From Eubacteriales Family XIII. Incertae Sedis bacterium (GTDB lineage: Bacteria > Bacillota > Clostridia > Peptostreptococcales > Anaerovoracaceae): 64,000 bases of DNA. Made by a program: the position numbers and the translations under genes. The DNA is taken from the NCBI GenBank assembly GCA_031272365.1, contig JAISTX010000013.1, positions 256 to 64,255 of the forward strand, in the 5' to 3' direction. The number at the start of each line of letters is the position of its first letter. Position 1 is the stretch's first letter. This document shows positions 1-8,496 of this stretch, piece after piece. The notes under the pieces were generated by a model that was not told the DNA's origin, did not search any database, and worked only from the letters and a program-made list of their open reading frames with translations.

Positions 1-330
1 CGCATCCGGCAGCTCGACGAGAAGATGAAGAACCGACAGCTGTATGTGGACAACGACTTGATCTTCGCCAACGAGATCGGCGGGCTATACGACCCGAAGA
101 CGTTCTACACCGCGCTCCGCAAAATCTGCAAGCGGACCCCGGGGCTGGAGCCGATCAAATTCCACGCCCTACGCCACACGTTCGCCACGCGCGGCCTCGA
201 AGCCGACATCTCCGGCAAGGCGATGCAGGGCTTACTCGGCCACGAAACCGAGGCGATGACCCTGCATTATCAGCAAATCCTCGAAGCGCAAGCCCGCAAG
301 GAAATCGACAAGCTCCAGAACGCTTTCTGA
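1..330 (+). CDS. tyrosine recombinase / phage-type integrase, C-terminal part (5' end lies outside the window)
   Basis: Frame 1 is open from base 1. C-terminal catalytic boxes are present: HALRHTFATRG ... LLGHETEAMTLHY. Confidence 0.85.
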   Translation, partial: RIRQLDEKMKNRQLYVDNDLIFANEIGGLYDPKTFYTALRKICKRTPGLEPIKFHALRHTFATRGLEADISGKAMQGLLGHETEAMTLHYQQILEAQARKEIDKLQNAF

Positions 331-387
331 TTCCCGTAGGGGTCAAATAGGGGTCAGAACCGAATCCATTCAAAACTGTATACAAAA

Positions 388-426
388 GACGAAGCCTTGC
401 AATCGTTGAAATTGCAAGGCTTCGTC
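388..426 (-). terminator. perfect 16-bp stem / 7-nt loop hairpin just downstream of the tRNA-Lys 3' end
   Basis: gacgaagccttgcaat-cgttgaa-attgcaaggcttcgtc. On the minus strand it is followed by TTTTG. Confidence 0.6.
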
Positions 427-427
427 A

Positions 428-504
428 TGGTACCCCTTCAGGGACTCGAACCCTGGACACCCTGATTAAGAGTCAGGTGCTCTAGCCAACTGAGCTAAAG
501 AGGC
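428..504 (-). tRNA. tRNA-Lys (anticodon CTT), CCA encoded
   Basis: The reverse complement folds as a cloverleaf: gcctctt/tagctcagttggctagagc/acctgaCTCTTAAtcagg/.../ccagggttcgagtccctgaaggggtaCCA. The anticodon loop CTCTTAA gives CTT. Confidence 0.9.
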
Positions 505-573
505 TTGCCTTCGCGCCGCTGCCCCGGCATGCCGTGCACGGCGGCGCGGAAAATATGTTACCATGTATGCGGC

Positions 574-1413
574 ATGTTTGTAAAGTCCGAATTGTTGAAA
601 GATGTGAAACTCTTCGTCCTGGATCTCGACGGGACCTTCTACCTCGGGGAGCGCCTGCTGCCGGGCTCGCTGCCCTTCGTGGACAGGGCCCGCGCCACGG
701 GGCGCCGCTTCGTCTTTTTTACGAATAATACCTCCCGCGCGCCGGAGGCCTACGTGGAGAGGCTCTCGCGGATGGGACTCGCGGTGACGCGGGGGGACAT
801 CCTCACGTCGGGCGACGTCACGGTGCAATACCTGAAAAACCACCATCCGGGAGCAAACGTCTACCTGCTCGGCACGGAGGCGTTGCGGCGGGAGTTCGCC
901 GCGCAGGGCATCGCTTTGACGAATGCAGAGGCGGAGGCGGGCGCGGAAGCGGAGGCGGCGGATGGGGCGAAGGCGGACGTCGTCGTGGCGGCGTTCGACA
1001 CGGAGCTTACTTATACAAAACTCGAAAGAGCCTGCACGCTCATCCGGGGCGGCGCGGCCTTCCTCGCGACGCATCCGGACATCAACTGCCCGACGGAGGA
1101 CGGCTTCATCCCCGACTGCGGCGCCCTCTGCGCGGCCATCGCGCTCTCGACCGGCAAAAATCCACGCTTCCTCGGCAAGCCCTACCCCGAGACGCTCGCC
1201 TATGTCCTCGCGAAAACCGGGTGCACGAAGGAGGAGGTGGCCTTCGTCGGCGACCGCCTCTACACGGACGTCGCGGCCGGCGTGAACGGCGGCGCAAAGG
1301 GCTTCCTCGTCCTGTCCGGCGAGACGAAGGAGTCGGACATCGCCGGGCAGGCGACGAAACCGACGGCCGTCTTCAAGGATCTCGGGGAGATCGCCATGCT
1401 GCTTGCATTTTGA
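574..1413 (+). CDS. HAD-superfamily subfamily IIA hydrolase (NagD-like sugar phosphatase)
   Basis: Motif I VLDLDGTFY, then FVFFTNNTSR and C-terminal FVGDRLYTDV. ATG at 574 was chosen because the longer ORF start (505) abuts the tRNA. Confidence 0.8.
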   Translation: MFVKSELLKDVKLFVLDLDGTFYLGERLLPGSLPFVDRARATGRRFVFFTNNTSRAPEAYVERLSRMGLAVTRGDILTSGDVTVQYLKNHHPGANVYLLGTEALRREFAAQGIALTNAEAEAGAEAEAADGAKADVVVAAFDTELTYTKLERACTLIRGGAAFLATHPDINCPTEDGFIPDCGALCAAIALSTGKNPRFLGKPYPETLAYVLAKTGCTKEEVAFVGDRLYTDVAAGVNGGAKGFLVLSGETKESDIAGQATKPTAVFKDLGEIAMLLAF

Positions 1414-1440
1414 AATACCGGTTTATCAAAATGCAAGCAG
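1399..1440. terminator. 15-bp stem hairpin between the convergent HAD and rlmH genes
   Basis: ctgcttgcattttga-N12-tcaaaatgcaagcag. It overlaps the HAD stop codon and lies 3 nt from the rlmH stop. Confidence 0.55.
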
Positions 1441-1442
1441 TA

Positions 1443-1865
1443 TTACTTGTGATACGGCTCGTGTTTTTGGATCTTGAAGGCGCGGTAGATCTGCTCGAGC
1501 AGGATGACCCGCATGAGCTGGTGCGGAAACGTCATGTCCGAGAAGGACAGCCGCATGTCCACCCTGTCAAGCACTTCGCTTGACAGGCCGTCCGCCCCGC
1601 CGATGAAGAACACGAGGCGGCTTTTCCCGGAGAGCGCGAGCGCCTCCATCTTCGAGGCGAGCCCCTCGGACGAGAGCTTCCCCCCGCGCACGTCGAGCGC
1701 GATGAGATAGGCGTCCGCGCCGTGCTCCAGAGGCAGGCGCGCCGCCTCGCGGGCTTCCGTCACCGACAGCTTGCAATAGGGGGAGAGCCGCTTCGCGTAC
1801 TCGGCCGCCGCGTCCCGCCAGTAACGCTCCCGCAGGGCGCCCACGCACACGATATCGATATTCAT
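1443..1865 (-). CDS. rlmH: 23S rRNA (pseudouridine1915-N3)-methyltransferase RlmH (SPOUT)
   Basis: About 140 aa. Has the conserved C-terminus FSDMTFPHQLMRVILLEQIYRAF. Confidence 0.9.
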   Translation of the reverse strand: MNIDIVCVGALRERYWRDAAAEYAKRLSPYCKLSVTEAREAARLPLEHGADAYLIALDVRGGKLSSEGLASKMEALALSGKSRLVFFIGGADGLSSEVLDRVDMRLSFSDMTFPHQLMRVILLEQIYRAFKIQKHEPYHK

Positions 1866-2695
1866 AGCCTGTACAGGTCGGACGGCATGTCGCGCCGCAG
1901 GACGCCGAGGTGGAAGTCGCCGCCCGTGAAGATCCCCTCGCGCGCGAGCAGCGTGCAGACGGTCTGCTCGGCGAGGCGTGGCGTGTTGTTCTCCTGCGAA
2001 AGGTGGGCGAGCAGGACGACGCGCTTCTTCGCGTTCAGCGAGAAGACGCGGGCGAGCGCCTCCGCCGCCTGCGCGTTCGAAAGGTGCCCGACCTCGCTGA
2101 GGATGCGCTGCTTCAGGTGCCAGGGGTAGCTGCCGCTGCGCAGCATCTCCGTGTCGTGGTTCGCCTCGAGCACGAGCAGGTCCGCGTCCGCGACGCTGTA
2201 GAGGATGTCGTCCGTGAAGAGCCCCGTGTCCGTGACGATCGCGACGGAACCGCCGCCGCCCCCGTCCGTGACGGCAAACCCGAGCGGCTCCGCGGCGTCG
2301 TGCAGCGTCCGGAACGCGCGCACCGTCAGCCCGCAGATCTCCACGGGCTGCGCGGGCGCGACGCGCTTCTTCCGCTGCTGCGCGACCTCCCGCGCGAACG
2401 TGAGCTTCTGCCCCGCGTCCCTGCGCTCCAGCTCCTCCATCGTGCCGGCGGAGGCGTAGACGTCCGCGCCCGGCAGCTTCTTGAGCAGCACGCGCGCGCC
2501 CGTCACGTGGTCCCAGTGCCCGTGCGTCACGAACAGCGCCTTCACGTCCGCGCGCGCCGTCCCCGTGCGCTCCAGCCCGGAGAGGATGCGCGAAGCGCTG
2601 ATGCCCGCGTCGATGAGGATCGCGCCGCCCCCGCCCTTGATCAAATAACTATTGCCGCTGCTGCCGCTCGAGAACGAGCACAAAGACAGGCTCAT
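1862..2695 (-). CDS. MBL-fold metallo-hydrolase (YycJ/WalJ-like)
   Basis: SGSSGNSYLI ... FVTHGHWDHVTG motif. Start at MSLSLC (ATG 2695) overlaps the rnhA stop by 4 nt. Confidence 0.8.
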   Translation of the reverse strand: MSLSLCSFSSGSSGNSYLIKGGGGAILIDAGISASRILSGLERTGTARADVKALFVTHGHWDHVTGARVLLKKLPGADVYASAGTMEELERRDAGQKLTFAREVAQQRKKRVAPAQPVEICGLTVRAFRTLHDAAEPLGFAVTDGGGGGSVAIVTDTGLFTDDILYSVADADLLVLEANHDTEMLRSGSYPWHLKQRILSEVGHLSNAQAAEALARVFSLNAKKRVVLLAHLSQENNTPRLAEQTVCTLLAREGIFTGGDFHLGVLRRDMPSDLYRL

Positions 2696-3267
2696 GCCGT
2701 AGGCCCCCCCGCCGAAAGCCGCGCGCGCACCTCCTCGATGCCCCGGTTCGCGAGCGCGTCCGCCTCGTTGTTGCGCCCGATGATGTGGCGGAACTCGTCC
2801 ATCGAGAACCCGTCGCCGTTGTGCTCGCGGAATTTCGCGAAGTGCTTTTCCATCGACGACGCCGGCGCGTCCGGCCGCACGTGCCCCTTCACGAGGTAGA
2901 ACCGGAAGTCGTAGTCCGGCAGGAAGGCGACCAGCCGCTCCCACAGGTCGCGGTTCTCCACGGGCTTCCTCGCCTGGGTCTTCCAGCCGTTCTCCCGCCA
3001 CCGCTCGTGCCACCGCTCCCTCAGGCATTTCATCACGTAGCTGCTGTCGCTGAACACGCGCACCGGGTAGCCGGTCTTCGTGAGCGCGGACAGGCCCGCG
3101 ATGAGCGCCAGCAGCTCCATGCGGTTGTTCGTCGTGTCCGCCTCGCCCCCGAAAAGCTCCTTGACGTAGCCGCCGTACTCCAGGATCGCGCCCCAGCCGC
3201 CCGTGTTTTCGTCGAACTGGTTCCCCGCGCAGGCGCCGTCTGTGTATATGTTGATCGTCTTCGTCAT
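2692..3267 (-). CDS. rnhA: ribonuclease HI
   Basis: IYTDGAC (Asp), TNNRMEL (Glu), FSDSSY (Asp), KGH, NEADALA. Confidence 0.85.
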   Translation of the reverse strand: MTKTINIYTDGACAGNQFDENTGGWGAILEYGGYVKELFGGEADTTNNRMELLALIAGLSALTKTGYPVRVFSDSSYVMKCLRERWHERWRENGWKTQARKPVENRDLWERLVAFLPDYDFRFYLVKGHVRPDAPASSMEKHFAKFREHNGDGFSMDEFRHIIGRNNEADALANRGIEEVRARLSAGGPTA

Positions 3268-3294
3268 AGTGCTTCCAAAAAAATCTCCGCCGGG

Positions 3295-4398
3295 TCAGGA
3301 CAGGACGTCGATCGCCACGATCGTGCGGTCGTCCTTCGCCGCGAGCAGGCTGTACTTCGCCGCCTCCTCCACGATGGCGTGCACGAGGAATTTCCCGTCG
3401 TACGCGTGCAGGCGCTCGGCCGTCTCGCGGACGCCCTCCGGCCCGAACGTCTTCTTCGTGAGCGTGTCCATCTCCTCCACGATGCCGTCCGTGTAGAGCA
3501 GCAGGCGGTCGCCGGGCTTCATGATCACGATCTCCTCCTCGAACGCGTCCTCCTCCGTGATGACGCTGATCGGCATCCCGCGCACCTGCACGCTCTCGGA
3601 GCGCCCGTTGTCGCGCACGATGAGCGGCGCGCAGTTGTGGCCGGCGTTCGCGACGGAGAGGGTGCGCTCCCCCCGGTCGTAGAGGCAGACGACCATCGTC
3701 ACGTAGATCGAGCCGTCGATCTCGAGCGCCGTGAACTCGTTCACGAGTCGGCCGAGGAGGTGGTTGACGCCGCCCGAGGCGAGCGCCGCGTTCGCGCGCA
3801 CGCGCTCCTGCATGAAGACCGTGAGGAGCGACGCCCGGATCCCGTGCCCGGAGACGTCCGCGACGTACAGGAGGAACTCGTCCTCGGTGACGCGCAGCAC
3901 GTCGAAGAAATCCCCGCCGAGGTCGTCCGCCGGCAGGTAGAGCGAATTGACCGCGAGCGCCTCCCAGTACACGCCGTCCGCCGGCAGGATGCTGCGCTGG
4001 ATCCGCTTCGCCGTGTTCGTCTCCTCGCGCACCTTCGCGAGCTCCGCCAGGAGGTTTTCGCGCAGCAGCCGGTTTTCGGAGATGTCCTCATAATATTCGA
4101 CGCGGTAGCTGCCCTCCCCGCCGAGGTCGACGTCGACGGCCGCCAGGCGGAAAGGCACGTCCGCGAGCAGGACCTCGACGAAGCCCTCGCCGCCCGGGAG
4201 CGCGGAGAGCGCGCCGTCCATCGGGACGCCGTCCCCGTAGACGAGCGCCGCGTTCTGCCCCGCCAAATCGCCGAACAGCTCCTTCATGGAGTCGTTGAGG
4301 AAGAGGATATTTCCATTTTTATCCAAAAGCCACGCCGGAATGGTGAAATTTACCAATAACTTCTCTATGGCGGAGATCCCTGCCGGCTTTTCGCTCAT
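3295..4398 (-). CDS. PP2C-family (SpoIIE/RsbU/RsbP-type) serine phosphatase with an N-terminal PAS-like sensor region
   Basis: RIQRSILP ... GGDFFDV ... ADVSGHGIRASL ... LLLYTDGIVE. The ATG overlaps the parB stop (ATGA at 4395-4398). Confidence 0.85.
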   Translation of the reverse strand: MSEKPAGISAIEKLLVNFTIPAWLLDKNGNILFLNDSMKELFGDLAGQNAALVYGDGVPMDGALSALPGGEGFVEVLLADVPFRLAAVDVDLGGEGSYRVEYYEDISENRLLRENLLAELAKVREETNTAKRIQRSILPADGVYWEALAVNSLYLPADDLGGDFFDVLRVTEDEFLLYVADVSGHGIRASLLTVFMQERVRANAALASGGVNHLLGRLVNEFTALEIDGSIYVTMVVCLYDRGERTLSVANAGHNCAPLIVRDNGRSESVQVRGMPISVITEEDAFEEEIVIMKPGDRLLLYTDGIVEEMDTLTKKTFGPEGVRETAERLHAYDGKFLVHAIVEEAAKYSLLAAKDDRTIVAIDVLS

Positions 4399-5363
4399 CG
4401 CCTTCTTTCCCCGGCCTTGCGGAGGAATTCCACGATCTCGTCGAGGCCCGTGCGCTCAAAATACCGCAATTCCACGCTGCCGCTGTTCGCGTCGCCGCTG
4501 ATGACGACCTTCGTGCCGACGAGCGAAGTGAGGTCCTCCTCGACGCGGCGGATCTCCTCCCCTTTCCTCGCGGCCTTCCGCGCCGACGGCTTCTTCTTCC
4601 CGTTGCCGCCGCGCTCCTCCGCGATCTGGGCGCAGAGCTTCTCCGATTCGCGGACGGTCAGCCCGTTCTTCACGATGCGCTGCGCGGTCGAAAGCTGCAG
4701 CGCCGGGTCGCGCAGGGCGCCGATCGCGTTTGCGTGGCCGAGCGACAGCAGGCCGACGCGCATGTACTCCAGGAGCTCCTCGGGAAATTTCAGGACGCGC
4801 AGCGTGTTGGCCACGTGCGAGCGGCTCTTGCCGACGGCGCGCGCCACCTGCTCCTGCGTCAGGTCGTATTTGTCCAGCACCATGCGGTACGCGCCCGCCT
4901 CCTCGATCGGGTTGAGGTTCTCGCGCTGCATGTTCTCGATGATGGCGATGAGCGCGTTCTCCTCCCCCGTGACCTCGCGCAGGATCGCGGGGATCTCCTT
5001 GAGGCCGGCCTTCCTGGCGGCGCGCCAGCGGCGCTCGCCCGCGATGAGCTCGTACCCGAGCTTGGTTTTCTTCAGCAGCACCGGCTGGATCACGCCGTAG
5101 GTCTCGATCGAAGCGGCGAGCGCCTCGATCGCCTCCGGCTCGAAGGACTGGCGCGGCTGCATCTCGTTGGGGCGGATATTGTCGATGTCTATGTACAAAA
5201 CGGCGTTTTCCGCCTCTTCCGAGGCCGTGCCGCCGCCGTTTTTCCCCGCTTTCGCGCCGCCGCCCTGCGATTTCCCGCCGGACCCGCGCGCCGGGACGGC
5301 AACTTCGATGTCGCCAAACAAGGCGTCTAGCCCACGCCCGAGCGCTTTTTTCTTCCCCGTCAT
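4395..5363 (-). CDS. parB: chromosome partitioning protein ParB/Spo0J
   Basis: GRGLDALF, IRPNEMQPRQ, GERRWRAA, and an HTH segment. Overlaps parA by 4 nt. Confidence 0.92.
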   Translation of the reverse strand: MTGKKKALGRGLDALFGDIEVAVPARGSGGKSQGGGAKAGKNGGGTASEEAENAVLYIDIDNIRPNEMQPRQSFEPEAIEALAASIETYGVIQPVLLKKTKLGYELIAGERRWRAARKAGLKEIPAILREVTGEENALIAIIENMQRENLNPIEEAGAYRMVLDKYDLTQEQVARAVGKSRSHVANTLRVLKFPEELLEYMRVGLLSLGHANAIGALRDPALQLSTAQRIVKNGLTVRESEKLCAQIAEERGGNGKKKPSARKAARKGEEIRRVEEDLTSLVGTKVVISGDANSGSVELRYFERTGLDEIVEFLRKAGERRR

Positions 5364-6139
5364 CTTCTTCTTCTACTTTCGCCCGCGAGGAATTCGTCCG
5401 CAAACTCCCGGTAGGCCTCCGCCCCCTTGGAATGCGGGTCGTAGTGCGTGATGGGGAGGCCGAAGCCCGGCGCTTCCGCGAGCTTGACGTTGCGCGGGAT
5501 GACCGTGGAATACACCTTTTCCTTGAAGTATTTCTTCACTTCCTCCACGACTTGGATGGAGAGGTTCGTCCGGCCGTCGAACATGCTGAGGATGACGCCC
5601 TGGACGTAGAGGCTCGTGTTCAGGTTTTTCTGCACCAGCTTGATCGTGCTCATGAGCTGGCTCACGCCTTCGAGCGCGTAGAATTCGCACTGGATCGGGA
5701 TGAGGACGCTGTCCACGGCCGTCAGCGAATTGATCGTCAGGAGCCCGAGCGACGGCGGGCAGTCGATGAAGATGTAGTCGTAGTCGCCCTTCACGCGGTC
5801 GAGCGCGCTTTTCAGCCTCCTCTCCCGCCCTTCCAGCTCCACGAGCTCGATCTCCGCGCCCGCAAGCTCGACGCTTGCCGGGATGATCCACAGGTTTGGG
5901 ATCCCCGTGCTGATGATCGCGTCCTTTGGATCTACCGTGTTGTCGATCAGCACATTGTACAGCGAGTATTCCAGCTCCCGCTTGTTGATGCCGAGCCCGC
6001 TCGTCGTGTTCCCCTGCGGGTCGATGTCCATGATCAGTATGCGTCTCCCCTTCAGCGCCAGACAAGTCGCCAGGTTGATGTTCGTGGTGGTCTTCCCGAC
6101 GCCCCCTTTCTGGTTGAATATCGCGATTGCCGTTCCCAT
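5360..6139 (-). CDS. parA: ParA/Soj chromosome partitioning ATPase
   Basis: Deviant Walker A: FNQKGGVGKTTT. Confidence 0.92.
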   Translation of the reverse strand: MGTAIAIFNQKGGVGKTTTNINLATCLALKGRRILIMDIDPQGNTTSGLGINKRELEYSLYNVLIDNTVDPKDAIISTGIPNLWIIPASVELAGAEIELVELEGRERRLKSALDRVKGDYDYIFIDCPPSLGLLTINSLTAVDSVLIPIQCEFYALEGVSQLMSTIKLVQKNLNTSLYVQGVILSMFDGRTNLSIQVVEEVKKYFKEKVYSTVIPRNVKLAEAPGFGLPITHYDPHSKGAEAYREFADEFLAGESRRRR

Positions 6140-6236
6140 ACTTCCTCCGCTCTGTTAAAAAAGAATATCCCCATGTTCTCTGTCCGGTCACAACAGTATA
6201 GACCCTTTCGGGGAGATGTGCAATGGATTTCACAAA

Positions 6237-6252
6237 TGTTTCACGTGAAACA
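6237..6252. promoter_or_regulatory. parS site 1 (perfect palindrome TGTTTCACGTGAAACA)
   Basis: Matches the Firmicute parS consensus TGTTNCACGTGAAACA. Lies upstream of parA. Confidence 0.85.
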
Positions 6253-6261
6253 CCCGAAAAA

Positions 6262-6277
6262 TGTTTCACGTGAAACA
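6262..6277. promoter_or_regulatory. parS site 2 (identical TGTTTCACGTGAAACA)
   Basis: Second exact copy, 25 bp centre-to-centre from site 1. Confidence 0.85.
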
Positions 6278-6289
6278 TTTCAGGCCGGC

Positions 6290-7090
6290 CTACAGGGGCA
6301 CTTTCGACGGGACCCCCTCGCGGCGGGGGTATTTCACCGGCGTCCCCCCCTCCTTCCGCACGATGTACAGCGCGTGCGCCCGGCCAGGGAGCAGGTCGGG
6401 GTAGGCAAATATTTCCACGTCCCTCGCGGCACCAAGCATCTCCCGCGCGACCAGGCTGCCCTCGATCTCGCCCCCGGCGCGCACCGTCTTGTAGGCGAGG
6501 AGGTTGCCCCCGGTGCGCACGAGCGGCAGGCAGTACTCCAGCACGACGGGGAGCTGCGCGACCGCCCGGCACAGCGCGAGGTCGAAGCCCTCCCGCAGCC
6601 GGGCGTCGTGCCCCGCCGCCTCGGCGCGCGCGTGCAGCGTGCGCACGTTTCCCATCGAGAGGGCCTCCGCCGCCTGCGCCATGAAGTCCACGCGCTTCCC
6701 GAGCGAGTCGATCAGGAGGAATTCCTTCTCCGGGCAGAGCAGCGCGAGCGGCAGGCCCGGGAAGCCTGCGCCCGCCCCGACGTCCACGACGGCGCGCGCC
6801 CGCGAGAGCGCGGGCAGCCCCGCCGGCGCGAGGCTGTCCAGCAGCTGCAGCTCAGCGAACTCCACCGGCTCCGTGACCGCCGTCAGGTTGACCACCTCGT
6901 TGCGCTCCAGCACGAGCGCCATCAGCGCCATCAGCGCATCAGCGAAATGGCTGTCAAGCAATTTGATTGACATGTCTGCGGGGAGGCCCCCGCGCCGCGC
7001 AAGCGTGCGGAGCCCGCGCTCCAGGCGCGCCCTCGCCTCCCCCGTTTCCTCGCCGTCTTCTTTCCTGAACATGCCCCCATCATACCACAC
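6290..7090 (-). CDS. rsmG: 16S rRNA (guanine527-N7)-methyltransferase RsmG (GidB); start uncertain (7090 or 7072)
   Basis: SAM motif VVDVGAGAGFPGLPLAL, followed by LIDSLGKRVDF. Confidence 0.88.
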   Translation of the reverse strand: MWYDGGMFRKEDGEETGEARARLERGLRTLARRGGLPADMSIKLLDSHFADALMALMALVLERNEVVNLTAVTEPVEFAELQLLDSLAPAGLPALSRARAVVDVGAGAGFPGLPLALLCPEKEFLLIDSLGKRVDFMAQAAEALSMGNVRTLHARAEAAGHDARLREGFDLALCRAVAQLPVVLEYCLPLVRTGGNLLAYKTVRAGGEIEGSLVAREMLGAARDVEIFAYPDLLPGRAHALYIVRKEGGTPVKYPRREGVPSKVPL

Positions 7091-7151
7091 CTCGCCGCGC
7101 CAAAAGGGCCCCCCGGCCGGGAAGCCCCTTTTGTACGCCCGCCTGGCTTTC

Positions 7152-7919
7152 CTATACGTAGATGACCGTGAAGCCGGAGATGTCCACCGTCCCGGTCAGC
7201 ACCAGGCGCGGCGCGTCGGGGACGTGCTCCTGCGCGCCCTTCTCCTCGATGCTGGAGACCCTGTTTGTGAGCTCGTTGACGACGGCCCAGGTGCGCGGGA
7301 TGTAGAGCTCCATCGCGCCGGCGCTGACATGCACCTCGATCTCGGCCTGCCCCTGCTCGGGCGTGATCCTCGCGTTGTCGAAGAACACCTTCATCACGCC
7401 GCACTTCACCTCCAGGTAGCCCCGCACGAGGTTGTCGGTGTTGATGTACTTGACGGCGGAGCCGAACTCCGTCTTCGCGTAAAACTCGCTGCCGTCCGGG
7501 TCGTTGATGACGCGCTCGAAATCGTCCCCGCCCGCGCATTGGGCCGCCTGCCCGCCCGGCGGCATCTGCGCCCACCGGTGCTTCTGCGGCCGGTGGAAGA
7601 GGATCGAGAAGCCGATCGAGAGGAAGAGCGCGACGAAGAACAGCGCCCACGCGCTGATCCTCGAGGTGTCGAGGCCGAGCCCCTTGTAGACGTAGTAGCC
7701 GATGACGGTCAGGGGGAAGAAGATCCCGAACCACAGCCGCCTCGGCACGCACGCGATGAGGATGACGGCCATGAGGAAGAGGAAGAGGAGCGAGCCCGCG
7801 CCCCAGCCGAAGACCTCCACGTAGCCGAACTGGTTCAGGATGATGACCGCCGCCGCGAAGACGCAGAACACCCCCCAGAACACCCTCCAAAAAGATTTGT
7901 GCTTTTGCTTGTTTTCCAT
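7152..7919 (-). CDS. polytopic membrane protein (about 4 TM helices) with a beta-rich C-terminal domain, possibly LiaF/DUF2154-like
   Basis: Four hydrophobic segments in the N-terminal half. Immediately follows the LytTR gene on the same strand. The family assignment is a guess. Confidence 0.5.
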   Translation of the reverse strand: MENKQKHKSFWRVFWGVFCVFAAAVIILNQFGYVEVFGWGAGSLLFLFLMAVILIACVPRRLWFGIFFPLTVIGYYVYKGLGLDTSRISAWALFFVALFLSIGFSILFHRPQKHRWAQMPPGGQAAQCAGGDDFERVINDPDGSEFYAKTEFGSAVKYINTDNLVRGYLEVKCGVMKVFFDNARITPEQGQAEIEVHVSAGAMELYIPRTWAVVNELTNRVSSIEEKGAQEHVPDAPRLVLTGTVDISGFTVIYV

Positions 7920-7935
7920 AGTTTTCCCTCCTGCA

Positions 7936-8391
7936 TCAAAGGTCGAAGTCCATTTTGTCTTGCAACAATTTAAAATACTGCCTGCTGACGCTGATCTGCT
8001 TGTGCGTGCCGCGGAACCGGACGAGGCTCGGCCCCACGGGGTTCCTGTCGATCGAGTAGATCTTGCCCGTGCCGAGGATCGCGGACTTGCTCACGCGCAG
8101 GAACGAGTGCGGCAGCAGCTCCTCGAGCTCGTACAGGCGCAGGCGCGTCTCGAAGACCTCGGTCTCCGTGTGGGCGAAGGTGCGCCCGTTCGCGGATTCG
8201 AAGAAGAGCACGTCCGCGGGCTGCAGGTAGTACTCGGTGCCGCCCTTCATGAGCCGCAGCCTGCCCGCGCCCTCTCCCGCCGCGGCCTGCGCCGCCCTCT
8301 GGATGCGCGCGACCTTCTCGTCCACCTCGCGGCACCGGATCGTCAGCTCGGCCTCGTCCGCCTTTTCGTCAATTTCAATCCGAATCTTCAT
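7936..8391 (-). CDS. stand-alone LytTR-family DNA-binding protein (no receiver domain)
   Basis: C-terminal YYLQPADVLFFES...TFAHTE...LYELEELLPHSFLRVSKSAI... Confidence 0.75.
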   Translation of the reverse strand: MKIRIEIDEKADEAELTIRCREVDEKVARIQRAAQAAAGEGAGRLRLMKGGTEYYLQPADVLFFESANGRTFAHTETEVFETRLRLYELEELLPHSFLRVSKSAILGTGKIYSIDRNPVGPSLVRFRGTHKQISVSRQYFKLLQDKMDFDL

Positions 8392-8483
8392 GACAAGGGT
8401 AGCCTATCGCGCCCGCCGCCGGTTGTAAACCCCTTTTCGCCAACAGGTGAAGATTCGGGGGTGAGTGGTAGGGATTCGTGTTG

Positions 8484-8489
8484 TATAAT
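8484..8489 (+). promoter_or_regulatory. consensus -10 box TATAAT ending 7 nt before the mnmG ATG (candidate leaderless transcript)
   Basis: gttgTATAATgcggtacATG. No Shine-Dalgarno is visible and the -35 is weak. Confidence 0.4.
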
Positions 8490-8496
8490 GCGGTAC

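Noticed and set aside
505-573. N-terminal extensions given by the ORF track for the HAD gene. The same applies to mnmG (7840-8496), gatA (30886-30990), gatB (32391-32465), the cyclase (53129-53605), BKACE (53863-54612), CoA-transferase B (55403-56146), HNH (27391-27942) and mobA (47418-47957).
   Set aside because: These extensions overlap upstream genes or the tRNA and translate to Arg/Pro/Gly-rich junk. Each is followed by an internal ATG with a Shine-Dalgarno or an ATGA coupling at the point where family homology begins.
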